Source: Patescibacteria group bacterium
Lineage (GTDB): Bacteria; Patescibacteriota; Minisyncoccia; Phycocordibacterales; JAKFXT01
DNA length: 64,000 nucleotides
NCBI GenBank assembly: GCA_038063555.1
Contig: JBBTUX010000002.1
Coordinates: forward strand, 6,806 to 70,805
Reading direction: 5' to 3'
Shown here: piece after piece, positions 8,358-19,110 of the stretch
How positions within the stretch are numbered: the stretch's first letter is position 1
How the letters are laid out: the number at the start of each line of letters is the position of its first letter
The notes under the pieces: model-generated
The model's input: the letters and a program-made list of their open reading frames with translations, nothing else
What the model was told of the DNA's origin: nothing
Databases searched by the model: none
Position numbers and translations under genes: made by a program

Positions 8358-9729
8358 TTATTTTTTGATTTTTGTTTTTCTTTTTTTACCAGTTTTTGCT
8401 TTTGCCGATATTAAAATTACCGAAATAATGTATAACGCTTTAGGTAGTGGCAGTTCCGAGTTGCAAGATTTTGTAGAGGTAAAAAACATTGGTTCTTTAT
8501 CAGTGGATTTGTCCTCTTTCAAATTTTCTGATGGTTCGGACCATTCTATTAATTCATATGAAACTTCATTGACTATTGTCCCACCGCAAGAAGTGGTGAT
8601 TTTGGTAAGTTCTCCAAGTAAATTTTTGACTGAATGGCCTCAGTTTAGTGGGAAGGTGCTTGATAGTTCTGTTTCTTTTGTAACAACGGACACAGCTGTT
8701 ATTAAAGATGAAAGTGGGGCAATTATTGATTCGGTTTCCTTTTCTTCTGACATGGGAGCCAATAATGATGGCAATTCCTTACAGCTGGTAAACGGACAGT
8801 GGATTGCTACGATCCCTACTCCCGGCCAATCAAACGCTACGGGTGAATTATCGGGATCTCAAAATTTATCAAATACAAATAATTCCAGCCCAGAAAATCA
8901 ATCACAAACCCAAACGACAGGAACGCAATTATCACAAATTTATGAGCAACAAATATATGCAAACGCAGGTGTAGATAAAACGATTTTAGTAGGAGCAGAA
9001 CTTTTGTTAAATGGTTCGGCTTTAGGAATCAAAAAAGAACCTTTAACGAATGCCCGCTATTTATGGAATTTTGGTGACGGATCTTCTAAAGAAGGGAAAA
9101 AGGTAAGTCATACTTACTCATTTCCGGGAATCTATACCGTAAGTTTAGACGTTTCTTCCGGCGATTATTCACAGGGAGATGTAATGATTGTTACTGCGGT
9201 GGATGCAAAAATAAAAATAGGGGAGATCATTAATGGAATTGATGGATACATAACAGTGTCAAACGAAGGGAATAGTGATATTGATATTTCCAGATTTATT
9301 CTCCAAAGCTCTACAAGTACCTTTGTTTTTCCTGTAGGAACAATTATAAAAGCAAAAAATAGTATTCGTTTTCCGAACGCTAATACAAAATTGTCTGGAA
9401 TCTTCCCAGTCTCTTTACTTTATCCAAACATGACCCCTGTTAAAGCCATCAGAGAAACTGTAGTTCCGGAAACCTCTCTCGTGTCGCAAAAGAGCCCAAT
9501 TCTATCATCAAAAAAAGAAAGTTTAACACCAATTCAAGAAAATTCTGTATCAGAAGAAAATGATAAGAAAGATTTTTTGAGTGCAGTTGGAGAAAGTGGG
9601 CAGGAAAATAATTTACTGTGGATTTCAGCCGTTCTCGCTTTGGTGGGTATTTCTATTGCTGGAGTGATATATTCAAGGAGAGAAAGAAATGAAGCAGATC
9701 TATATGAAATTACAGAAGTGGACGAGTGA
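8344..9729 (+). CDS. secreted/anchored surface protein with lamin-tail and PKD domains
   Basis: Signal peptide, ITEIMYN...FVEVKN, TPGQSN, WNFGDG..H.YS.PG.Y.V, C-terminal TM. Confidence 0.75.
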   Translation: MREINYFLIFVFLFLPVFAFADIKITEIMYNALGSGSSELQDFVEVKNIGSLSVDLSSFKFSDGSDHSINSYETSLTIVPPQEVVILVSSPSKFLTEWPQFSGKVLDSSVSFVTTDTAVIKDESGAIIDSVSFSSDMGANNDGNSLQLVNGQWIATIPTPGQSNATGELSGSQNLSNTNNSSPENQSQTQTTGTQLSQIYEQQIYANAGVDKTILVGAELLLNGSALGIKKEPLTNARYLWNFGDGSSKEGKKVSHTYSFPGIYTVSLDVSSGDYSQGDVMIVTAVDAKIKIGEIINGIDGYITVSNEGNSDIDISRFILQSSTSTFVFPVGTIIKAKNSIRFPNANTKLSGIFPVSLLYPNMTPVKAIRETVVPETSLVSQKSPILSSKKESLTPIQENSVSEENDKKDFLSAVGESGQENNLLWISAVLALVGISIAGVIYSRRERNEADLYEITEVDE

Positions 9730-9773
9730 CATTAGTTGGACTTTTCTGGTTTAGACACTAGTATAAATTCGGT

Positions 9774-11228
9774 ATGAAAAAATCAACGCAAAAATTAGTT
9801 TTAGTCACGGGAGGAGCTGGGTTTATCGGTTCTCATCTTTGTGAACGTCTTGTTAAAGATGGCTATAAAGTAATTTCATTGGACAATTATTTTACTGGTT
9901 CAAAGGATAATCATATTGATGGGGTTGAATACCGCGAAGGTCATACCAAAGATATAGAAAAACATATAAAAGAAATACCAGATATTATTTTTCACCTTGG
10001 AGAATATTCCCGTGTTGAACAAAGTCTTTTGGAAGAAGATGTGGTATATGATCTTAATATTGTTGGAACCGGAGGAGTTATAAATTTTTGGAAAAAAAAT
10101 AAATGTAAGTTGGTTTACGCTGGCTCGTCCACAAAATTTGGCGATTTTGGCGCTACGCGTTTAGCAACTCCGTATTCGAGATCAAAAGCAGATAATACAG
10201 AATTAGTTAAAAAAATAGGTGATGCAGAAAGATTGCCTTATGCAATAACTTATTTTTACAACGTATACGGTCCGGGAGAAAGATCTGGGGTATACGGTAC
10301 AGTTATTGAAACTTTCAAACAGATATATTTGCATGGTGCGCCTATCTCAGTCACTTCTCCTGGAAATCAAACTCGTAATTTTACTCATGTCTACGATATT
10401 GTTGAAGGATTAATTTTAATAGGCGAGAAGGGATTAGGTGATGAGTATGGACTTGGTAATGAAGAAAGTTTTTCGATTATTAAAGTTGCCAAGATGTTTG
10501 GCGAAAACATTACTATGTTGCCGGAACGCTCTGGTAACAGAATGCAGTCAGATCTTGATACAAAAAAAGTAAGAGAAATCGGATGGAATACAAAACGATA
10601 TCTTCAAGGTTACATAGAGGATTTTATAAAGAAAAATAAGAAAGGTCGTGTGCGCGAGAAAAGAGTGCTTATATTCTCAACAACCTTTTCTCCCATAGTT
10701 GGACCAGCAGAAATTGCTTTGGAAGAACTAATAAGCAAAATGCCAGATATTCAATTTGATATTATTACAACTTTATTTTCTGGTGGTGCAAAAAAGTTTG
10801 AAAAACGAGGGGAAAATATGAATATATATAAGGTTGGCATTGGAAACAAAATGGATAAGTATTTACTTCCTATTCTAGGATATAAAAAAGCTAAAGATCT
10901 TCATATAAAACACAAATATCTCTTTACCTGGGCTCTAATGGCTAGTTACGCAGCTCTTGCCGGTATATTTTTGAAGCGTAAAAAAAAGTTACCACTTTTA
11001 GTTACACTTGCAGACCAAAAATTAACAGAGATATCTTTTTTGACTAGAAAAATATTAAAAATAGTTTTATCTGATGTAGACCAGATATATGGAGTTAATG
11101 TTAACCAAGAAAAACACGCCTCCCATATTAAAGGTAAACCTTTACGTAATTCAATAGGGGAAGGTGACGCTTTTGCAAATCAACTCAGGTATTCTTATTC
11201 AGAGATTCTACTTAATAGTAAAAAATAA
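9774..11228 (+). CDS. NAD-dependent epimerase/dehydratase fused to a GT4 N-terminal-like domain
   Basis: TGGAGFIGSHL, YSRSK, YNVYGP, RNFTHV; C-terminal ~190 aa resemble the N-terminus of 11235..12458. Confidence 0.8.
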   Translation: MKKSTQKLVLVTGGAGFIGSHLCERLVKDGYKVISLDNYFTGSKDNHIDGVEYREGHTKDIEKHIKEIPDIIFHLGEYSRVEQSLLEEDVVYDLNIVGTGGVINFWKKNKCKLVYAGSSTKFGDFGATRLATPYSRSKADNTELVKKIGDAERLPYAITYFYNVYGPGERSGVYGTVIETFKQIYLHGAPISVTSPGNQTRNFTHVYDIVEGLILIGEKGLGDEYGLGNEESFSIIKVAKMFGENITMLPERSGNRMQSDLDTKKVREIGWNTKRYLQGYIEDFIKKNKKGRVREKRVLIFSTTFSPIVGPAEIALEELISKMPDIQFDIITTLFSGGAKKFEKRGENMNIYKVGIGNKMDKYLLPILGYKKAKDLHIKHKYLFTWALMASYAALAGIFLKRKKKLPLLVTLADQKLTEISFLTRKILKIVLSDVDQIYGVNVNQEKHASHIKGKPLRNSIGEGDAFANQLRYSYSEILLNSKK

Positions 11229-11234
11229 ATCTTT

Positions 11235-12458
11235 ATGAAAAAAATATTAATTTTTTCTTTGGCTTATTTTCCAAAACATGTCGGAGGTGCAGAGGTTGCT
11301 ATTAAAGAAATTACTGAAAGAATAAATCCAAAAGACATAGAGTTTCATATGGTTACCCTTAGATTTGATTCCACTCTTCCAAAAGTTGAAAAAATAGCAA
11401 ATGTTTTGGTACACAGAATTGGTCTTACGACCAATAATCCTTCTACGGGCGACTTAAGAAGATTTCCACTCCATTTAAACAAATTATTTTTTCAATTTTT
11501 AGCCTTTTGGAAAGCACGATCACTCCATAGAGAATATAAATATGATGCTATTTGGGCTATGATGGTTCATTCTTGTGGAGTTCCGACTGCCATCTTCAAA
11601 ATAAATTATCCAAACGTAAAATATATTCTCACTTTGCAAGAAGGGGATCCCATTGAATATATAGAAAATAAAATGAAACCATTTTGGCCATTTTTTACTA
11701 GAGCTTTTACTAAAGCTGATATAATCCAAGTTATATCTACCTTTTTAGGAAAGTGGGCAAGAAACAGGGGGTTCAAAGGTCCTCTTGAAGTTATTCCAAA
11801 TGCAGTAAACGTGGCTCATTTTTCTCAAATATATTCAAACGAAGAATTAAATGATATAAAAAATAAACTTGGCAAAAAAGACGGAGAAGTTTTTATGGTG
11901 ACAACTTCTCGTTTAGTAAAAAAAAATGCATGTGACGATGTTATTAGAGCATTGTCTTATTTACCAAGTAATATTAAATTTGTGATTATGGGAACTGGTC
12001 CAGACGAGGGAATGCTTAAAAGTTTGATTAAGGAATTAAAAATTACAGAACGGATTGTTTTTCTAGGACAAGTAAACCACGAAGAAATGCCACTTTATTT
12101 AAAGGCTTGCGATATTTTTATTCGACCATCGCGATCTGAGGGAATGGGCAATTCTTTTGTTGAAGCTATGGTAGCAGAATTGCCTGTTATTGCAACACAA
12201 GAGGGCGGCATAGCAGATTTCTTGTTTGATAAAAGACGAAATCCAGACAGAGAAACAACGGGGTGGGCAGTGGATAAAGATTCTCCAGAGCAAATTGCTG
12301 AAGCGGTAAAAAATATTATTTCTAATACAGGTAAAGTTTCTAAAGTTGTTGCTAATGCTAAAAAAATGGCAATTGAAAAATACGACTGGAATATAATTGT
12401 AAAAAATATGAAAGAGAGAGTTTTCGATAGAGTTTTGGACACAGAAATTATCGAATAG
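11235..12458 (+). CDS. glycosyltransferase family 4
   Basis: GGAE, SRLVKKN, PSRSEGMGNSFVEAM. Confidence 0.9.
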   Translation: MKKILIFSLAYFPKHVGGAEVAIKEITERINPKDIEFHMVTLRFDSTLPKVEKIANVLVHRIGLTTNNPSTGDLRRFPLHLNKLFFQFLAFWKARSLHREYKYDAIWAMMVHSCGVPTAIFKINYPNVKYILTLQEGDPIEYIENKMKPFWPFFTRAFTKADIIQVISTFLGKWARNRGFKGPLEVIPNAVNVAHFSQIYSNEELNDIKNKLGKKDGEVFMVTTSRLVKKNACDDVIRALSYLPSNIKFVIMGTGPDEGMLKSLIKELKITERIVFLGQVNHEEMPLYLKACDIFIRPSRSEGMGNSFVEAMVAELPVIATQEGGIADFLFDKRRNPDRETTGWAVDKDSPEQIAEAVKNIISNTGKVSKVVANAKKMAIEKYDWNIIVKNMKERVFDRVLDTEIIE

Positions 12459-12511
12459 GTTTGTTTTTTGATGTAACCTCTGTTAGGGTATTATGGTTAC
12501 ATTTTTATAAT

Positions 12512-13375
12512 ATGAAAATTGGATTTATTGGTCAGGGTTATATTGGTAAAAATTACGCAAACGATTTTGAAAACCGTGGGTTTAAAGTGATACGTTATTC
12601 TCTAGAAAAAGAATATATAGGCAATAAAGAAAAGATAAAAGGTTGCGACATTGTTTTTGTAGCGGTGCCAACACCCACTACCCCGCGCGGTTTTGATGAT
12701 TCAATAGTTACTTCCGCAATGTCGCTTATTGGAAATGGTAAAATTGCCGTAATAAAATCCACTCTTTTGCCTGGAATTACAAAAAAGATACAAAAAAAAT
12801 ATCCAAAAGTTTTTATTCTACACTCCCCAGAGTTTCTGAGTCGAGGAACAGCTTCTTATGATGCGGCACATCCTATAGTTAATATAGTTGGAATGCCAAG
12901 AAACAACGGAGAATATAAAGATAGAGCTAAAAAATTATTATCTATTCTACCAAAATCTTCCTCAAAAATAGTTAGTTCTGAAACTTCTGAATTTTTTAAA
13001 TATGTTCACAACACTTCTTTATTTGTGAGGGGTGTATATATGAATCTTTTATACGATCTGGCGAAATCACTCAATGTGGAGTGGCAAGACGTAAAAGATT
13101 TAATAATTTTAGATCCCATGATTGCTTTCCAAGATTCAGTTGTTGCGAAATGGCACATAGATCCTGTTCGTAAAGAAGGCAGGGGAATTGGAGGCAATTG
13201 CCATATAAAAGATTTCGAAGCACTGTCAAGGCTTTATAAGAAAAATGTTAAAGATAAAATCGGAGAAAAAATAATTGATTCTTTGAAGAAAAAAAATATA
13301 AGTTTGCTGACAGAGAGTAAAAAAGATATACCGTTAATCAGGGGTGTCTATGGTAAAAGAATATTAAAAAAATAA
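12512..13375 (+). CDS. UDP-glucose/GDP-mannose dehydrogenase family protein (short, lacks C-terminal domain)
   Basis: GQGYIG, VAVPTP, KST, SPEFL, GGNCHIKD. Confidence 0.8.
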   Translation: MKIGFIGQGYIGKNYANDFENRGFKVIRYSLEKEYIGNKEKIKGCDIVFVAVPTPTTPRGFDDSIVTSAMSLIGNGKIAVIKSTLLPGITKKIQKKYPKVFILHSPEFLSRGTASYDAAHPIVNIVGMPRNNGEYKDRAKKLLSILPKSSSKIVSSETSEFFKYVHNTSLFVRGVYMNLLYDLAKSLNVEWQDVKDLIILDPMIAFQDSVVAKWHIDPVRKEGRGIGGNCHIKDFEALSRLYKKNVKDKIGEKIIDSLKKKNISLLTESKKDIPLIRGVYGKRILKK

Positions 13376-13385
13376 TAAAATAATT

Positions 13386-14288
13386 ATGAGAAAAGTGGTG
13401 GTCGTTGGTGGAGCTGGTTTTATTGGTTCGCACTTGACCGATTCTTTGGTTGAGGAGGGCTATGATGTGCATGTTATAGATAATCTTTCGGCTGGAAAGA
13501 GGGAACACGTAAATAAAAAAGCCAAGTTACATGTCAAAGATATAAGGAAAATCAAGGATATTAAACCAATCATAAGAGGAGCAGAATACGTTTTTCACTT
13601 AGCAGCCCTGCCTCGTGTGCAGTATTCAATAGAAAATCCAGAAGAAACACACGACGTAAACGTTAACGGCACACTAAACGTTTTAATCGCGAGCAAAGAA
13701 GAGGATGTAAAAAAAGTAATATACTCGGCTTCAAGTTCTGCTTATGGAAATCAAAAAATTACACCACTTCATGAGGATTTACCTGCAAAGCCCACTAGTC
13801 CATATGGCCTACAAAAATATTTAGGAGAATTATATTGTAAAGTCTGGAATACTGTATACGGACTTCCCACAGTTTCACTCCGCTATTTTAATGTTTACGG
13901 CCCCAGACTTGATCCAGAGGGGGCATACGCTTTAGTTATAGGAAAGTTTTTAAAACAAAAAAAGGAAAGCAAACCGCTAACTATTACCGGAGATGGAAAA
14001 CAAACGCGAGATTTTACTCACGTAAAAGATGTTGTTAGAGCGAATATTTTGGCAGCTAAAAGTAAAAAAGTTGGAAGGGGCGAAGTAATTAATATAGGAG
14101 CGGGTAAAAATAAATCTGTAATAGAAATTGCCAAACTTATTGGTGGTAAAAAAGTTTTTATTCCTCCTCGTTTTGAACCCAAGCATACAAAAGCTGATAA
14201 TAGAAAAGCCAAAAAACTTTTAGGATGGGAGCCAAAAATTTCTATTGAAGAGGGTCTGGCAGAGTTAAGGAAAATTTGGGGTATTTAA
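13386..14288 (+). CDS. NAD-dependent nucleotide-sugar epimerase
   Basis: GGAGFIGSHL, HLAA, YGLQK, RYFNVYGP, TRDFTHV. Confidence 0.9.
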   Translation: MRKVVVVGGAGFIGSHLTDSLVEEGYDVHVIDNLSAGKREHVNKKAKLHVKDIRKIKDIKPIIRGAEYVFHLAALPRVQYSIENPEETHDVNVNGTLNVLIASKEEDVKKVIYSASSSAYGNQKITPLHEDLPAKPTSPYGLQKYLGELYCKVWNTVYGLPTVSLRYFNVYGPRLDPEGAYALVIGKFLKQKKESKPLTITGDGKQTRDFTHVKDVVRANILAAKSKKVGRGEVINIGAGKNKSVIEIAKLIGGKKVFIPPRFEPKHTKADNRKAKKLLGWEPKISIEEGLAELRKIWGI

Positions 14289-14291
14289 ATA

Positions 14292-15635
14292 CTAAGCACC
14301 AGATTGTGACATCAATGTTCTAATAGTTTTCAAAGCTATTTTTACATCTAATATTAGAGATTGGTTTTTTAAATAATAAAGATCATAAGAAAGTTTGTTT
14401 CGCGTTTCTTCCACTCCGATTCCATGGTGTGCGTGTCGTCCATAAATTTGTGCCCAACCAGAAAGACCTGGCTTTATCAAATGTCTAATATTGTAATAAG
14501 GAATTTTTCCTTCATAGTATTTAACTCCTGAAGGTAATTCTGGTCGTGGTCCAATTAGTGACATGTCATTTTTTATGATACTCCAGAGTTGAGGCAATTC
14601 ATCAATACGGCTCTTACGTAAAAAATTACCAACACGGGTTATTTTATTTTCACCTTTTTGTTGAAGGTCTGTTATGTTTTGTGTCATACTTCTAAACTTA
14701 TATGTTTTAATTATGCTATTATTTTTTCCAACTCTTTCTTGCATAATGAAAATTTGTCCTCCATCATCAATTTTAATTGCTAAATAGACAAATGGGTAAA
14801 ATAATAAAGAGATAATTCCAAGTATAGAAGCGATAAAAAAATCCATCATTCTCTTTAAGACATTATAAAAAGTATTGGTAGAAGAGGATATGTTTTCTAA
14901 AAACCAGCTATGGTTTAGTGAAGAAACAGGTATACGGTCAAAGATTTCCTCGTATAATTTATTAATGTCAAGAAAGTGAAATTGTTTAAATAATGAGTTG
15001 TAAAGGTGACTTATTAGATATTCTGATTTTTTGTTGTGTAAATCTGTTACTATAACGGAGACGTCATGTTTTTTTACATCACTTTTTATTTTTTTAAGAA
15101 GCACTTCTTCGTTTAGATTTTCTGGACTAATTGTTGAAACAAAAAAAATTGAGTAGCGGGAATTACTATTGACTTCTTTTTCAACCTCTACAATTTCTTC
15201 GCCATTTCCTATAAGTATTGCATTTAATTTTTCAGAAATTATTAGAAACCTAACTCCATATATTCTCCATAAAAAAATAAGAACAGAAGATATTGCTATG
15301 TATAGAAAGAGATTTGTTTTTGGTTCTATGCCAAAACTAGGAATAAAATAAAAGAAAATAACAGACAGGAAAGTATTGGTTGCCTGGGTATTAAATAATG
15401 TCTCTGGTAACTTTGCTTTGAAGAAAAGCGTTTGTTTTTCATAGAGGCCTGCGATGAAAAAGACCATTAGCCAGAGAGTAATCAAAATACTGAAGGGTAG
15501 AAGATGTTGAATTACAAGGCTATTGCTGGGAAATTCTAAATGACGCAGAAAGAGAGTTAAATAAAGTGATGTGGACAAAATGACAATGTCGCCAATCAAA
15601 AGATAGAGATATTCACGGTTAGAAAATAGGATCAT
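14292..15635 (-). CDS. initiating polyprenyl-phosphate glycosylphosphotransferase (WcaJ/WbaP-like)
   Basis: N-terminal TMs; KFRSM, RIDELPQL, SLIGPRPE, KPGLSGWAQ, YDLYY. Confidence 0.9.
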   Translation of the reverse strand: MILFSNREYLYLLIGDIVILSTSLYLTLFLRHLEFPSNSLVIQHLLPFSILITLWLMVFFIAGLYEKQTLFFKAKLPETLFNTQATNTFLSVIFFYFIPSFGIEPKTNLFLYIAISSVLIFLWRIYGVRFLIISEKLNAILIGNGEEIVEVEKEVNSNSRYSIFFVSTISPENLNEEVLLKKIKSDVKKHDVSVIVTDLHNKKSEYLISHLYNSLFKQFHFLDINKLYEEIFDRIPVSSLNHSWFLENISSSTNTFYNVLKRMMDFFIASILGIISLLFYPFVYLAIKIDDGGQIFIMQERVGKNNSIIKTYKFRSMTQNITDLQQKGENKITRVGNFLRKSRIDELPQLWSIIKNDMSLIGPRPELPSGVKYYEGKIPYYNIRHLIKPGLSGWAQIYGRHAHHGIGVEETRNKLSYDLYYLKNQSLILDVKIALKTIRTLMSQSGA

Positions 15636-15721
15636 ATTTTTCCCGAATCATACAGAATAAATGATAAAAATCAATTATTATTATAATCGTAAAACATTTT
15701 TATTCGTGATAAGGTAACACC

Positions 15722-16864
15722 ATGGAAATTAGAAAAATTAAATTAATGTTTGCTGTCACAAAGTCAAATTGGGGAGGGGCTCAGCGCTATGTTTATGATT
15801 TGGTGACTAGTCTGCCGAAAAATCAATTTGAGATCACAGTGCTTTTGGGCGGGTCCGGTTTGTTAAAAAAAAAGTTAGAAGCTGTTAATTTTCGGACTAT
15901 TTCTATTCCAACACTTGATCGTGATATTGATTTGTTTAAGGAATTCGTGATTTTTTTTAATATTTGGAAAATATTGATGAACGAGAAACCAGATATTCTG
16001 CATGTTAATAGTTCTAAAATTGGTGGTCTCGGGTCATTTGTTGGAAGGATCATTGGAATTAAAAATATTTTTTTTACAGTTCATGGATGGCCATTTTTTG
16101 AAAATAGGTTTTTCTTGTTTAAATGGTTAATTGTGTTTTTCTCTTGGTTAACAGTAATTTTTTCACATAAAACAATTGTAATTTCTAAAAATGATCAAGT
16201 AATAGGTTCACGTTTACCTTTTGTGAAAGATAAAATTTTTATGATTCATAATGGGATTGGTTCGATTGATTTTAAGGAGAAAGATTCTAGTAGAACCTAT
16301 CTTTTGGGTGAAAAAATGGCTAATTTAAACTCGATTGCTTTTTGGATAGCTGGAGGGACAGAATTGACATTCAATAAAAACTTAGAAATGGCCATATTAG
16401 GAGTAATTGAGGCCAAGAGAAGAGGTTTTGATATTTTATATTTAATTATTGGTGAAGGTGAAGAAAGAGGAAAAATTGAAAAATTAATTGAGAAATATAA
16501 AGCCACTGACTTTATTAGACTCGTTGGTTTCAAGGAAAATTTACAGCAATATTTAAAAGCTTTTGATTGTTTTCTTTTAACTTCAAAAAAAGAGGGTCTA
16601 CCATATATATTACTTGAAACAGGATTAGCTGGGATTCCAGTTATTGCTTCTAATGTTGGCGGAATTCCCGAAATTATTGATGACAGAGAAAATGGTATTT
16701 TAATTGAGCCAAAGAATATAAATGGTATAGCTAGTGCCATTGAGTATTTGATTAAAAACCCAGAAATTAGAAAAATATATGGAGAAAAATTACAGGAAAA
16801 AGTTAAAACTCAATTCAGTAAAGAATTAATGCTTAAAAAAACAATTGAACTTTATAACTCATAA
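15722..16864 (+). CDS. glycosyltransferase family 4
   Basis: GGAQRY, TVHG, SKKEGLPYILLE. Confidence 0.9.
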   Translation: MEIRKIKLMFAVTKSNWGGAQRYVYDLVTSLPKNQFEITVLLGGSGLLKKKLEAVNFRTISIPTLDRDIDLFKEFVIFFNIWKILMNEKPDILHVNSSKIGGLGSFVGRIIGIKNIFFTVHGWPFFENRFFLFKWLIVFFSWLTVIFSHKTIVISKNDQVIGSRLPFVKDKIFMIHNGIGSIDFKEKDSSRTYLLGEKMANLNSIAFWIAGGTELTFNKNLEMAILGVIEAKRRGFDILYLIIGEGEERGKIEKLIEKYKATDFIRLVGFKENLQQYLKAFDCFLLTSKKEGLPYILLETGLAGIPVIASNVGGIPEIIDDRENGILIEPKNINGIASAIEYLIKNPEIRKIYGEKLQEKVKTQFSKELMLKKTIELYNS

Positions 16865-16865
16865 A

Positions 16866-17975
16866 ATGAACGAAAACAATAAGAAAATCAAAGTCGTCAT
16901 AGCCACGCCGAATTCTGGTGGCCCCATAACTTATAGCAAAATACTTTTTTTGCATTTACCGAAAATGGGATATGAAGTGAGAATAGTCAATTTCTCGTCA
17001 GTAGAAAATTTACCGAAATTAGTAAGACATGTGGTTTATTTTCTTAAATTATTTTTCGAAGGATTTAAGGCTGACATTATTTATGCTCAAGATCCAGTTT
17101 CAACTGGGTTACCTGCATTATTGGCGGCTAAATTAATCGGTAGTCGTTTTTTTTTAAAAATCGTTGGTGACTATGCTTGGGAGCAAGGGGTGCAAAGGTT
17201 TGCTGTAAAAGATTCGCTTGATGATTTTGCAAAAAAGAAAAAATATTCATTTATGGTTCAACTATTACGATATATCGAAACATTTGTGGCTAAGAGGGCG
17301 GAGAAAATAATTGTTCCGAGCAATTACTTAAAAGGGATTGTTGAGAAATGGGGTATTGAAAGTGGAAAAATTGAAGTTATATATAACGCTGTCTCAATTG
17401 ATGAAATAGGGCGGGTGCCTGAAGCTGTGAAAAGAATGTCCAAACCTTTGGTTGTGACAGCTGGTAGATTGGTTCCTTGGAAAGGAATAAAGCCACTAAT
17501 GAAAGTTTTTGAGGGTGTTTGGCACGCACGTCTAGAAGGATCAAATGCCTCATTGGTTGTCGTTGGTCAAGGGACAGAAGAAAAGGAGCTGAAAGATTAT
17601 GCAGAAGAATTAAATATAAAGAATCAGTGTTTATTTACAGGTCAACTATCCCATGAGGATACGCTTGCAGTAATGAAAGAGGCCGATATTTTTGTATTGA
17701 ACTCGACCTATGAAGGTCTATCGCATACCCTAATTGAAGCTTTGAAGCTTGGGCTTTGTATTATTGCAACAGACGCTGGGGGAAATGGTGAAATTATTAT
17801 GAATGGGAATGGACTCGTCATTAAAACTGGAGACGAAAAAATGCTTGCGTCCAATCTCAAGATGCTTATCGAACATCAAGAGAAGAGAGCTCAATTTTCA
17901 GCAATAGCAAAAGAATCGGCTGAACGATTTTCAATAGAAGCAATGCTTCAAAAGTTGGCTTTGGTTTTAAGGTAA
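16866..17975 (+). CDS. glycosyltransferase family 4
   Basis: GRLVPWKG, NSTYEGLSHTLIEA. Confidence 0.9.
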   Translation: MNENNKKIKVVIATPNSGGPITYSKILFLHLPKMGYEVRIVNFSSVENLPKLVRHVVYFLKLFFEGFKADIIYAQDPVSTGLPALLAAKLIGSRFFLKIVGDYAWEQGVQRFAVKDSLDDFAKKKKYSFMVQLLRYIETFVAKRAEKIIVPSNYLKGIVEKWGIESGKIEVIYNAVSIDEIGRVPEAVKRMSKPLVVTAGRLVPWKGIKPLMKVFEGVWHARLEGSNASLVVVGQGTEEKELKDYAEELNIKNQCLFTGQLSHEDTLAVMKEADIFVLNSTYEGLSHTLIEALKLGLCIIATDAGGNGEIIMNGNGLVIKTGDEKMLASNLKMLIEHQEKRAQFSAIAKESAERFSIEAMLQKLALVLR

Positions 17976-17984
17976 AATGTACTT

Positions 17985-19109
17985 ATGAAGATTTTAATGA
18001 TTTCGACTGATTGGCGCATAGCTCTTTTGGGCAGTAAAGAGCATATACGAATGAGTGGTTATGCAACCGTAACAGAGGAACTACACATAATAGTTTTTAC
18101 TTTAAAAAGCCAAGGACTAAAATCAACTCAATCTGGAAATCTATATATTTATCCCACAAACTCTATTTTCAAATTATTATACGGAGTTAATGCTTATTTT
18201 TTATCAAATAAAATTAAAGAGAAGGGCATTACTTTAGTGACTGCACAAGACCCATTTGAAGCAGGTTTAATTGCTCTTAAAATTTCGAAGAAATTAAAAG
18301 CTTCTTTTCAAGTGCAACTTCATACCGACTTTGCTAGTACTTATTATGGTAGGGAATCATTCAAAAATCGTCTAAGGATAGCTATTGCAGATTATGTTAT
18401 CCCCAAGGCTAATTGCGTAAGAGTTGTTTCTAAACGTTTGCAAAGAGACCTCATTAATCGCTATGGTTTAAAGAAAGAGCCGTTTGTTTTACCAATACAC
18501 CTTGATATACCAATGTCTATACTTTCAGAGCATCAAGACTTGCTACGCGTTAAATACCCTAAGTTTGGCACAGTTATGGTTATGATTAGTCGAATCGAAA
18601 AAGAAAAAAATATGATTATGGCTATTAAGTGTTTTAATAATATATATAAAAGTTATCCGGGAGTCGGTCTTGTGATCGTTGGAGACGGATCTTTGAAAGC
18701 TGGTTTAGAAAAACTCGTTAGGAAACTTGGCCTTGAGGAAATTGTAATTTTTGAGGGATGGAGCGATAAGACAATAATATATTTTTTAAGCGCAGATTTA
18801 TTTTTAAATACTTCTAATTACGAAGGGTTCGGCAGAACTTTGATGGAAGCTTCCGCCGCAGGGTGTCCCATTATAACCACGGACGTTGGAATCGTGGGAG
18901 AAGTTTTAAACAATAAAAACGCTCTGATTTCAGCACCACAAGATGAACTAACTTTTCAAAATAATTTAGAATTTGCTCTAAAAAATAAAAACCTTATTAA
19001 GGAAAGAGCTAAGCTTGCTCGCAATGCTGTGAATTACTATATGTCTATTACGGAAGATGATCGTCTCTCTATGTATAAGAGCTCTTGGGAAGAATGTTCC
19101 CAAAAGTAA
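17985..19109 (+). CDS. glycosyltransferase family 4
   Basis: SRIEKEKN, SNYEGFGRTLMEA. Confidence 0.9.
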   Translation: MKILMISTDWRIALLGSKEHIRMSGYATVTEELHIIVFTLKSQGLKSTQSGNLYIYPTNSIFKLLYGVNAYFLSNKIKEKGITLVTAQDPFEAGLIALKISKKLKASFQVQLHTDFASTYYGRESFKNRLRIAIADYVIPKANCVRVVSKRLQRDLINRYGLKKEPFVLPIHLDIPMSILSEHQDLLRVKYPKFGTVMVMISRIEKEKNMIMAIKCFNNIYKSYPGVGLVIVGDGSLKAGLEKLVRKLGLEEIVIFEGWSDKTIIYFLSADLFLNTSNYEGFGRTLMEASAAGCPIITTDVGIVGEVLNNKNALISAPQDELTFQNNLEFALKNKNLIKERAKLARNAVNYYMSITEDDRLSMYKSSWEECSQK

Positions 19110-19110
19110 T

